Source of the DNA: a virus
IMG/VR virus record: IMGVR_UViG_3300002301_000001
Span: 1-64,000 of that record
DNA: 64,000 nucleotides
Reading direction: 5' to 3' (one strand)
Positions within the stretch are counted from its first letter, which is position 1. Each line of letters opens with the position of its first letter. The translations under genes and the position numbers were made by a program. The notes below the pieces were generated by a model, which saw only the letters and a program-made list of their open reading frames with translations, searched no databases and was not told the DNA's origin. This document shows positions 9,838 to 19,900 of the stretch, in pieces.

Positions 9838-10077
9838 CTATTCAGAATTATTTGTTTGAAGTGCGTCAGGATTACCCAAAGTAGTTAATATTGTTTTACA
9901 AGTCCTACAGGTAATGTGAATTACCTCTAACTGCTTGCCCATTTCTCCTAACTGTTCGATAGAACTATTACCTCTCACACTAATAATACCCAAAGGTTCT
10001 AGTATACGCCTGTAATAATTGACATTTTCTGGTGGTTTATTACATACAGGACAGAAGAATTGTATTTCTTTTTTCAT
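9838..10077 (-). CDS. Small Zn-ribbon protein
   Basis: CPVC and CRTC pairs. Confidence 0.55.
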   Translation of the reverse strand: MKKEIQFFCPVCNKPPENVNYYRRILEPLGIISVRGNSSIEQLGEMGKQLEVIHITCRTCKTILTTLGNPDALQTNNSE

Positions 10078-10131
10078 CTGGTAAATAGATTATATAATTC
10101 ATAAATAATCAATAGTAGTATAACTAAGAGA

Positions 10132-10165
10132 ACCGGCAGGAACTTACTTCTAAACTCCTGCCAGT
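10132..10165. terminator. Intergenic hairpin (terminator-like)
   Basis: GGCAGGA...TCCTGCC stem downstream of the 10180-10689 gene. Confidence 0.4.
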
Positions 10166-10179
10166 CTATTTTATCATTA

Positions 10180-10689
10180 TTATCTTCCACTGTATTCTAC
10201 TTTAAAACGGTCATCATTAAATACTTTCTTGAATAGAACATTGGTTTTCTCATCTAAGAAGGAGAGCATTACACTCTGTATGACATTATCAGTACCATAG
10301 GTAAGTAGTATAGCTGCAGAATGAACAGATTGATCCTTTGTCCTGATATCTCCTAATAGGGTGTAGAAGGAATAACCACCTGCTTTGGTTTCTTTCCACT
10401 CTTCCTGGGAAGTGAGCTTCCATACAGGAGCCTGTAGATCACCTATATCAATATTATAACCACCATTCTTAAAGAATATAACAATGAAATTATTCTTAAC
10501 TACTACCGGAGCATCGTTAACTGAAAACTCTTTAGAACAGATAAAGAACTTCTTATGTTCCTGATCAGGTACAGGATCAAGGGCAATAGTTGAGTTATTA
10601 GGAGGTATAACAAGGAGCTGAGGAATTACTTGTGCATGGGAAGATATAGATAGACACATTAGTGCCAAAACTAGAAGATAGTTCTTCAT
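10180..10689 (-). CDS. Secreted/periplasmic protein with signal peptide
   Basis: MKNYLLVLALMCLSISSHA-Q, a Bacteroidota-style signal peptide with Gln at +1. Confidence 0.7.
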   Translation of the reverse strand: MKNYLLVLALMCLSISSHAQVIPQLLVIPPNNSTIALDPVPDQEHKKFFICSKEFSVNDAPVVVKNNFIVIFFKNGGYNIDIGDLQAPVWKLTSQEEWKETKAGGYSFYTLLGDIRTKDQSVHSAAILLTYGTDNVIQSVMLSFLDEKTNVLFKKVFNDDRFKVEYSGR

Positions 10690-11068
10690 TTTGTGGTAAT
10701 TAGAAGCGTTAAAAATAAAATAGGTGTAACCGATGTTCTTTTACTGCTTCAGGTTTACCACAACCTTATCAATGCAAAAGACACAGCTACACCCATATCT
10801 TGGGTATATCTTAGTCATAGTTGCATTGATAGTTACTGTTAGTGTGGTAATTCGAAGCAGTAATACTACAATTATGATACTTTATAAGTATTCAATATTT
10901 TCCAGTGCTGTGTTTACATAAGCATTGATATTTTTATGGTTTGCAATGTACAAAAGTTTTGAATTTTGCAATAGTAAGTAATAGATACTAGTTGTATCTT
11001 AAAAACAATTATCTTTGTTTAACTATACAATATGTTTACTTTCTGTATTTTTACATAAACTTGCAACA

Positions 11069-11320
11069 ATGAACTCACCAATAGATTTTGAATTAGCGCT
11101 TATTACAGTTTGTCCTCACAGTCCTAATGAGGGATATTCTGCTTTTATTGCTCAGTTTCCGGAAGCTATTGCCTATGGAGAAACAGAGGAAGAAGCACAG
11201 GAAAATCTAAAACAAATCTTTAAAGTAATGATGCAGGATAAAGAACAAGAAGCCCGTAATCATTATCTGAAGAACCAGCATTTTACATCTACATCTTTTA
11301 AAATGACAAATGTTGCCTAA
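11069..11320 (+). CDS. hicB: HicB-like antitoxin (short form)
   Basis: GYSAFIAQFPEAIAYGETEEEAQENL is the HicB N-terminal signature. Confidence 0.8.
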   Translation: MNSPIDFELALITVCPHSPNEGYSAFIAQFPEAIAYGETEEEAQENLKQIFKVMMQDKEQEARNHYLKNQHFTSTSFKMTNVA

Positions 11321-11610
11321 TGAGCAAAGAGGGGAGCTGCCTTACAAGAGAAGATCTTGTTGACTGGTTAAAGGAAAAGAAGTGTGAACAAAAACCTATT
11401 GAAGGTATAAATGTTACAGCCAGACAGATTAAGTTCTATAATCCTGCAACTAATAGAAGCACTTATATAGGCACTCCTATAAATGATATTCCTGTACCTG
11501 ATTATGTTGTTTTTCAGGTATGTACTACACTAGGAATAGAAATTCCAGCCTGTGTATCTCATACAGAATCTACCTATAATCAAATAAGAGATACTTTTAA
11601 GAATAAGTAA
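11320..11610 (+). CDS. hicA: HicA-like toxin
   Basis: Coupled to hicB (TAATG overlap). L..WL....C...FYNP...VC..LGI pattern. The catalytic His is not obvious. Confidence 0.6.
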   Translation: MSKEGSCLTREDLVDWLKEKKCEQKPIEGINVTARQIKFYNPATNRSTYIGTPINDIPVPDYVVFQVCTTLGIEIPACVSHTESTYNQIRDTFKNK

Positions 11611-11627
11611 TTTCCCCTGTACCCTTA

Positions 11628-11972
11628 TTACTGATCCTGTACAACTTCCTGTAGTCTATAAGGAGCACCATGTATAACAGGCAGGTGAGTACCCATAAAG
11701 TTGATTATATCAAGGTCTATATCCACATTTTCTAGCTGGATCATTATATTACCTATAAACCGAGCTTTCAGTTCCTTTACCTTATACAGCTCACCATCAA
11801 ACTCTATAAGTACCTTATCATCTACTACACTATAGTATCTGTGCTGCCTTATACCGGTAGCAATATCATAGGTAAACCATAGGTACTCTTCATTATTCCT
11901 GGCCTTATGTCTGGTGAAAGTAACCCGGTAATCATCATTGAACCATAGCAGGCTCTGTAGTAATTCCAACAT
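11628..11972 (-). CDS. Hypothetical protein
   Basis: 114-aa ORF with phage-like codon usage. Confidence 0.55.
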   Translation of the reverse strand: MLELLQSLLWFNDDYRVTFTRHKARNNEEYLWFTYDIATGIRQHRYYSVVDDKVLIEFDGELYKVKELKARFIGNIMIQLENVDIDLDIINFMGTHLPVIHGAPYRLQEVVQDQ

Positions 11973-12188
11973 AGATTTATTAATTAGAGGTTAAATAAGC
12001 AGATATAACAGCCATAGTTATACAGAAGTAGGCTACAGTACTACCTGTAATCCGGTAACAGATACCGGAAGAAATGAAACAGGATAGCGTTGTGGAAATA
12101 TAGGTGAGAGGTTGAATAGACCCTTTCACATACCTGTACACATTTGGATTACTGGTGCAGGGTAGTATCTTGCACTAAAATTATTGGT

Positions 12189-12782
12189 ATGAAGGATTAT
12201 GCCTCTATGGATTTCATAGATTTATTAGACTGGACATTACAATGGTATTGTATAAGTACTAATGCCAATCCTAATGCAGATGTTGAAAGACTTTTTACTG
12301 ATATTGACGAACTTAATAATTTTCAGCTTACTCCTATGTTTGGGAACATCAGGATAACTTTAAATAAAGTGCTAGATCAATTAAAAAATGACGAATACAT
12401 TAAATATGTTGGTACTACTATTCATGAGGATGACAAAGGGCAATCTTGGTCAAGTAGTATATACTCAAGTACGATAAAAGGAAGTAAATTCTTAAGTGCA
12501 GGAGGATATAAAAGTGCTATTCTTCGTGAGGCCCAAATTGAAAAAGACCGACAAACCCAAAAGGAGTTAGAAGTGGCGGTACATAAATCCCAGATTCACA
12601 TGGTTCAATTAACGTGGATTTTAGCTGCAGGGACTTCGGTAGCTGCTGTGTACTATGGTTTAGAAATTGTTCGTATACACCTTCCTTGTTGGCTTTCTCT
12701 TTCTGTAGCTGCTGTACTTTTTTTATCCGGAGCTTGTCTTGGTGCATTCCTATGGCATATATTGACACCAAAAGCAAAATAA
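12189..12782 (+). CDS. Membrane protein (winged-helix-like N-terminus, two C-terminal TM helices)
   Basis: Y.ST.KG..FL..GGY segment, a coiled stretch, then two hydrophobic segments. Confidence 0.65.
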   Translation: MKDYASMDFIDLLDWTLQWYCISTNANPNADVERLFTDIDELNNFQLTPMFGNIRITLNKVLDQLKNDEYIKYVGTTIHEDDKGQSWSSSIYSSTIKGSKFLSAGGYKSAILREAQIEKDRQTQKELEVAVHKSQIHMVQLTWILAAGTSVAAVYYGLEIVRIHLPCWLSLSVAAVLFLSGACLGAFLWHILTPKAK

Positions 12783-13037
12783 GACCAACTATAAACCAAC
12801 CCATACAGGAAAGAAAACACAGGTTTCATCTACAGTAATTGAACATAACATAATGACACCTAACTGATTAGTTCTCTTAACGAGCTAAATATTGGGTTGA
12901 TCTTTTGTTTTATAATTTACATTGCTCTTGTCATTGCAGATAATATCTATATCTTTACCTCACTGCATATTATCAGGTTATGGGCTCAAAGCCACGGGAA
13001 CCAACAATCGAAAGATTAACCCTTTAATTTCGATAGT

Positions 13038-13124
13038 ATGATTGCACATGATGTAGTAGTTTTGGTTGTAGCTTTTGCTCCGGTACTTAATACCGTACTA
13101 CAATCTTATCTCAGGAAGAAATAG
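13038..13124 (+). CDS. 28-aa hydrophobic peptide, type I toxin-like
   Basis: MIAHDVVVLVVAFAPVLNTVLQSYLRKK, with its own promoter-like element, structured leader and terminator. Confidence 0.55.
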   Translation: MIAHDVVVLVVAFAPVLNTVLQSYLRKK

Positions 13125-13125
13125 C

Positions 13126-13157
13126 AAAGGCTCCTGACTAACCCTCAGGGGCTTTTT
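13126..13157. terminator. Intrinsic terminator, possibly bidirectional
   Basis: AAAGGCTCCTGA-CTAACCC-TCAGGGGCTTTTT. Confidence 0.75.
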
Positions 13158-13268
13158 ATTATCTGCAATGTCAAAGAACTTAATAAGCTATAAAACAACA
13201 GGCAAGCCCAACATGATCTTTTAACGAGATAAATCAAAGGGTTCAATTTGTTTACTATCTTTATACAT

Positions 13269-13451
13269 ATGAAACAGTTTATTAAAATAGACTATAATGG
13301 TCGCCGGTACTTTATCCTTACTCACAGTATTGTTTCTTTATCTGCAATAGGTGAGCAATGTGATATTTCTCTTTCTAACAATACTACGATGACAGTTAAC
13401 TATACTATTGGAACAATACTCAATATGATTGGTATTGATCCTATGGAATAA
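13269..13451 (+). CDS. Small beta-rich hypothetical protein
   Basis: 60-aa ORF directly after the cassette arm. Confidence 0.55.
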   Translation: MKQFIKIDYNGRRYFILTHSIVSLSAIGEQCDISLSNNTTMTVNYTIGTILNMIGIDPME

Positions 13452-13572
13452 TTGCAGCATCATTTATCTGGGCAGTTACTGATGCTATTATTCTGATAGC
13501 TTCATTAAGACTTATGCCCTTTAGTATTGTCAGGATATCATCCACTTTCTTATCTGGTTTAACAGTATCCAT
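13441..13572 (-). CDS. Small hypothetical protein (43 aa, not in ORF track)
   Basis: MDTVKPDKKVDDILTILKGISLNEAIRIIASVTAQINDAAIIP resembles the 9420 ORF. Confidence 0.45.
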   Translation of the reverse strand: MDTVKPDKKVDDILTILKGISLNEAIRIIASVTAQINDAAIIP

Positions 13573-13837
13573 AGACAGTAAACAATCCACTTTGAAATAT
13601 CAGGTTCTTTTTACGAGATAAATCAGGAGTTGATCTTTTGTTTTATAATGTTCAATTTTTATGTTAATGTATGTTTTCGAAATCAAAGATAAGAAAACTT
13701 TACTTAACATCAAAAATAATTATAAAACAAATATTAACTCATATATTTAGTGAGGGGTTACCAGGGCACTATTAGTAAGTTTTTGTGAGGATAAGGGTAG
13801 TCTTACTGTCACTTACATTTTTAAATTAAAAAAATTG

Positions 13838-13880
13838 CTGGAAATTTATTATATTACCACACTTGAAATTCTTATCTTTG
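13838..13880 (+). promoter_or_regulatory. Promoter region of the RNAP gene
   Basis: Shared AAATTTATT..ACACTT motif plus a TATCTTTG -7 box at 13873-13880. Confidence 0.5.
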
Positions 13881-13904
13881 ATACAACTACTTAAACTACA
13901 TTAA

Positions 13905-16900
13905 ATGTCAGCAATACCTGATCTGCTTCCTATACCGGAGAATACTTCTCATATATCTCTTGATCAACTTGTATTACCTGATCCTAATACAGGAATACAG
14001 TATAATGCTGCTGATCTTGGTAAGCAGGGTAATGGGGAGAAGGATTTCTGGAATCAGTATGCTGCTACTCCAGTTACATTATCTACTGAACTGCAACCTG
14101 TATCTTTTGATTGGGAGAAGAGTAATGCAGACAGGTATGTGAACAGTGGCAAGGTAAAGGATGTTGGTTTTCAACCTTATGCCGGTACTACTATGGTTGA
14201 TGGTAAACCGTATGATGTTAATGAACTCAACTATGGACAGGTACAGACTTGGGGAGATGTTATGAAGAATGCTGCAGGAGGTGCTTTTCATTTAGCTGTA
14301 GGTTCATTTGAGCAGTCTGTAGAGTCCTGGGGCCATACTGCTAATGCCTTGTTTACTTGGGGTACTGGTGGTGGTTGGCAAGCAGGTAAGGAAGCTCTGT
14401 TAGGTACTCCGGAAGAGCTACTTGCTAATAACAAGAAGCAAGAGGATATCATGAATAAGTACGCTATCTATCATACTCCTTATGGTGATAACCACTTGTT
14501 TAGTAAGGAATTTATAGGGGATATTGGTCAGCAGATGGGTTTTGGCCTGGGTATGGGAGCTGAGATACTGGGAGAGACTTTGCTTACTGCTGGTATAGGA
14601 GAGGCTTTTAGTTTATTCAGTAAGGGAGCCAGGGCAGTAGAAGGTGGTATACAAACAGGTGAGAAGGCTGCTAAGATAGTTAGTGAAGTTGCTCCTAAGA
14701 CAGCTACTAAGGCACAACAGGTTAATGATCTGAGGAAGATGAGTGATCTATCTGCTAACAGGTCTATTATGGAAGATATCTGGAATGGCACCAAGAGATT
14801 TCTACCCGGAGCACAAGTAGTTGAAGATATCAATAAGGCAAAGGATGCTGGTGTTACTGGTATGTGGAATTTATTCAAGGCAGGTGTACCAGGTACTATC
14901 AAGACCTTCTCTATGGCTAATGCTGCTAAGGCAGAGTCTATGATGGAAGGAGCTAATACCTATGGACAGTTATATGGAGACCTTGTTGCTAAGTACCAGA
15001 ACAAGCACGATGGACAATATCCTGCAGGTGATGATCTTGAACGTATTAAACAGACTGCATATGGAGCTGCTACTGATAACTTTATAGTGAACACTGGTCT
15101 ATTGATGACCATGAATCAGTTGGAGTTTGGTAATATGTTCTCTAAGTTCGGTAGTGCCAAGAGGCTACTCAGAGAGGCTGCTGAAGAAGGTGAGAAGGAT
15201 ATATTCACAATAGCTAAGGAGGGTAAGAGAATAGCTTATCAGAAGGCTACAGGGCCATTATCTACATTCAGGACTGCTAATGAGATCAGGAAGGACTTTG
15301 GTATGGGTACTGCTCTATGGCAATTTGGTGCTAAGACACTGGCATCTCAAGGTACTAAGTTCGAGATAGCAGAGGGTATACAGGAAGTACTACAAAATAC
15401 CAGTGATCAGACATTCAGAGACTACTATACTAATTTATATGACGGTAGTAAGGATATTAAGGGGCGATCTATATTCTCTGATATAGCAGAAGCTGATTTT
15501 TCTAAAGGACTTGCTTCTCAGGATCTTGTACCTACTACTGGTAGGAATATATGGGAATCTTCCGGAGGATGGAAGACTTTTCTTATGGGGGCTACTACTG
15601 GCTTATTCATGAGTCCTTTGAGTAATACAGCCATGTATGCCCAACAAAAAGGATATAGTCTGGTTAATAAGGAGTATAAGAGCAAGTTAGAAGAGAACAA
15701 GAGACTACAGGAAGAGAATAGAGCTTTACTCAACAGTTTTTATGCTAATCCTGCTAAGATGCTGGATGAACATATAGCTAATACTAAGGTACAGAGTACT
15801 GGTATTAAGGATATGGCTGCTGCTGCTCAGATAGGGGATAAGTACACATTCACTAATGCCAAGCAAGATATGTTTACTAAGGCAGTTGCTACTGCTATTA
15901 AGACAGATAATTATGATAGCTTTATAGACCATATCAAGGAGTTCTCTGATAAGTTTAAGACCAATGAGGAGTTTGAACAGGCATTTCCTACCTTGAAGAG
16001 TAAGAATGCTACTCCTACTGATATGAGGACTTATATCAAGAGTCTTACTGATGACATCACTGCTTATCATAATAACTGGCAGGATCTTAAGGATCGGTAT
16101 TCTGATATAGTACAGCCAGAGTTATACAGGAATGATCCAGTAGCATATAGAAGGGCTCAGATACAGAAGCTGGCACTGGATAATTCTATAGAGACATTAG
16201 CTACTACTGATTATAATGCTACTCAGGCTATTAAGAGAGCAGGTGAGATCAAGATGGAGATGGGTTCTATTCCCGGTATAGGAATTGCTGTTAATAACAC
16301 TTTCGATATACTAGGTAATAAAGAGGCAACTTTGCATCAAATGGCTTTATTAAAGCAGGAAATTACTACTTATGATGCATTAGGGAAAGATAAAGAACTT
16401 ACTGATATTAAAAAGGATGCTAAGGAACAGTTGACTCATCTTATTGTATGGACAGTTGCTCATGATGCATTATCTGCTGAGGATATTACTGATGAAGAGT
16501 ATAAGAAGCACACACAGAATCTGAATAAGGCATTTTCCGGTTATGTAGATAGCAAGAACAAGGAGTTCAATAACAACAGTCCTGTTATTACTGATCATAG
16601 GGTAATGGATGATGCATTCAGTGCTCTTGGGGATTATATGAAGTTGAACCAGGATCATGGTGATTATGTAGCTGCTTTGAATGTACTTACACACCTGGAT
16701 AACTTTAAGAAGATGGTAGACCGTCATACTGATGGTATCTATCACTTTGAGAGAATGGCCAGACAGCAGATGGATAAGGAGTTTAAGGAAAGGGCTGATG
16801 TGCAGACAGGACCTGTTGATGAGGATGTTCCTGATGAGGATACTGACACCACCAATGAATATCCTGCTGATCCCAGACAGGCTATTAATGATCACTACAA

Positions 16901-19900
16901 TGGAGATGAGATATCTTTTGATGTTCCTGGATTACTACAGAATTACCTGAATGATAACCCTGAGCTGGCCAAGGAACTGGAGATACTACAGAACCAGAGG
17001 GAGTCTATGCCTGAGGCTTTGTATACTCAACATCTTAATGAGATACTGGATGCTCACTTTGCACAGGATGATACTAACACTGATACTCCTCCTGATACAG
17101 ATACTGATGATGAACCAGAGATTGAACTTCCTAAGTTGAAGATACTACACTCACAGGTTACTATCGGAGTGCCATTTATACATGAAAATGGTTCTCTTAT
17201 GACTCCATTAGAGATTAGTAGATTGAAGACAGGTTCGGATGCAAGGAAGGCAGTTAAGGACAGGTCACAGAAGAGAGTTGTTGATCTATTATCCAAAGTA
17301 TCTAAGGGGGAGTTGCAGGATAACCTATCTCTTGTAGTGACTACTATCAAGAAGGGAGAAGGTTTTGATATTAAGGATAACCCTGCTATACATCAGAATG
17401 GACAGCAGTATAGTATGCAGTTAAATCTGTCTGGTATTCCTATAGGATATTTGACCAATGCAGATTATTATACCTTTACCATCAATGGAGTACCGAAGAC
17501 AGCTAAACAGCTTACTGTAGATGATATTGGTAAGGTATTGGAGATACCGGAGAATATGACTCCTTATCAGGCACTTACGCAGTTTCAACAGGATGCTGAT
17601 ACTGCCAGTGCTATACAGAAGGCTATAGAGGGTAAGTTAGTGGATGGTAAGGTTACTTTATCCGGTACTGAGTTATCTGATATACTATCTATTATTCCCA
17701 GGTTGAATATGGATTATACAGAGACTGGTGAGGCAGGTACTCCCTTAGCTGACTTATCTGCTAACTTATACAGGAATCCACAGGGCTCTATGGTAGTAGT
17801 GAGTAATAGGATAGCTGATGATGGTAGCAGGGTTATGATACAGGGTACTTTGGATGATCTGAACTCAGGACATACTCTACCTGATAATGAGAATGCAGGT
17901 ACTTATAGTGCTCTATTATCTATTGCCGGTGATACCAGATGGGTACAACTTACTCCTACAGTATATACCCAGGATGAGTTACAACCACAGTTAGATACTC
18001 TTACTACTTTACTATCTGAAAAGGATCCTACTACTGAGCAGATACAGGCTATTAAGGACATTATACACGGTATCTTCATTGCTATACCTGTATATTCCAG
18101 GGAGAATGGCAAGAAGATTACTGATACTAATAAGAAGTGGGATATCCGGTTAGAATATGTTGAACCATCTCCTGATAAGGAAGGACATCTTATTGTAGCT
18201 ACTAACCATGTAAAGGCACCTATACTGACATTGGAGAATAGAGACATATCTACTCCACAGAAGTTAGCTGAGAGTATACAGAAGGTACTTAACCAGAAGA
18301 ATAGATTCCCGGGAGTGAAGATCACTGAGGATAGTTTCCGTCACCAGGTACCTATTCAGGCTACTGAACAGGATATTCTTGGTATGACAGCATCTGTACG
18401 TCCTAATATTGTTAAGAGCATATCATTGGTATACGGTGTACCTGCATCTAAGACGAATTTACAGGAAGAGATCGAACCTCCTATACATACTATTACCAAG
18501 GAAGAGCTTATGATGGCTACTCCTTTACCTAAGAAGAATAAGGAAGAGGATATTAAGAAGGCTGTAGAGGAAGTTGACTTTGATGCCCTGGAGAATAACA
18601 GGGATGATGATGCTGTTCCTTTTAAGATAGTACCTGCTACTGAACCATTTACTGCAGAGTCTGTAGAGCATATTGATGCATTTACTACCTGGGTACAGCA
18701 GAATCTGCCACAGGATATCATATCTGTAGAGGATATGGGTATATTGGTTAAGAATCTGCAGGATAATAACATCACAGTAGGGCAGTTTATTACTCACTTA
18801 GATGCTCTCAGGAATGTTACCGGTGGTACTATACAGGTATATAAGAACAGTCCATTTAAGTACCATGAGGCTTTCCATGCTATATTCAGGTTGTTATTAC
18901 CACAGGCCAAGATAGATCAGTTACTGGAGATTGCCGGTAAGGAATATAGGATTACTGATAAGAAGGAACAGCAGTTCAGGAACTTACATCCTCAGTATGC
19001 TGCTATGGACAGAGCTACTCTGCACCAGACTATGTTAGAGGAATATATGGCTAATAAGTTTGATAAGTGGATGATGGATAAGAAGGTACAGACATCTCCT
19101 ACTATTAAGGGATTCTTTGCCCATATAGTTGACTTTATTAAGGGTTTGTGGGATAGGTTAACCAGTTCACAGTTACATGGCTTATTCTCTGCTATCAACA
19201 GTGGTCAGTATACCCAGGCAGGGTTAGCAGTTAATCAGTTTACAGGTATCCAGAGTGAGAGTGTGAATACACCTGCTCTTAAGGTAATACAGGTAGGTGC
19301 CCAGGATGTTGAGACTTCTACTGGTAAGGTTAAGGTACCTAGATACTTATCACAGGATGTTAGTGACCAGATAGTATCCGGTATAGTGAATATGTTCTAT
19401 AAGGCAGTTGGTGATAGTGGGGAGTACAACAAGGCCCAGGAACTTGATAAGATACTCAAGGTATACAGGGATACTTACGATACTTCATTACCTATCTACA
19501 AGAGCAGGGCCAGGGCTATAGAGGATCTTGGCCAGAGAGCTAAGTGGATGAATGATTTGATTGATTTGAAGAAGACATTCAATGATAAGGATGCTTTGCA
19601 ATCTCTTAAGGGAGCAGTTGATTTCCATTTGAACCTTATGGGTTACAGGCAGGATCTTGAAGATGAGGAGAATGAGGCTATAGAGGATGAATACGGTCCT
19701 AATAACACAGAGAATGCCCATAAGAAGAAGAGTCCTATGAGTGATTATGGCTCTTTGTCTAAGTTCCTGAGAGGATATATAGGTTCTACTTCTTATACCC
19801 TGGATAAGGACATGTTCGGTAACAAGGAACTTGTAGATGGTTCTCCCATATATGGATCAGTATCTGCTAATAAGGTATATAATGGTCTATTGAAGGTACT

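Larger units (their letters stand above)
12873..13623 (+). repeat. Three direct copies of junction motif TCTYTTWACGAGMTAAAT
   Basis: Copies at 12873-12890, 13217-13234 and 13606-13623. Confidence 0.85.

Noticed and set aside
10733-10921. 62-aa hydrophobic + strand ORF
   Set aside because: It coincides with the structured leader and is better explained as non-coding, though it cannot be fully excluded.
12873-13623. CRISPR array interpretation of the three direct repeats
   Set aside because: The intervals are 326 and 371 nt and contain genes, the repeats are degenerate, and no cas genes are present.
12870-13750. Canonical integron attC or dif/pdif sites
   Set aside because: There is no RYYYAAC...GTTRRRY hairpin of attC form at cassette ends, only TAAAT matches a XerD arm, and no integrase is in the window.
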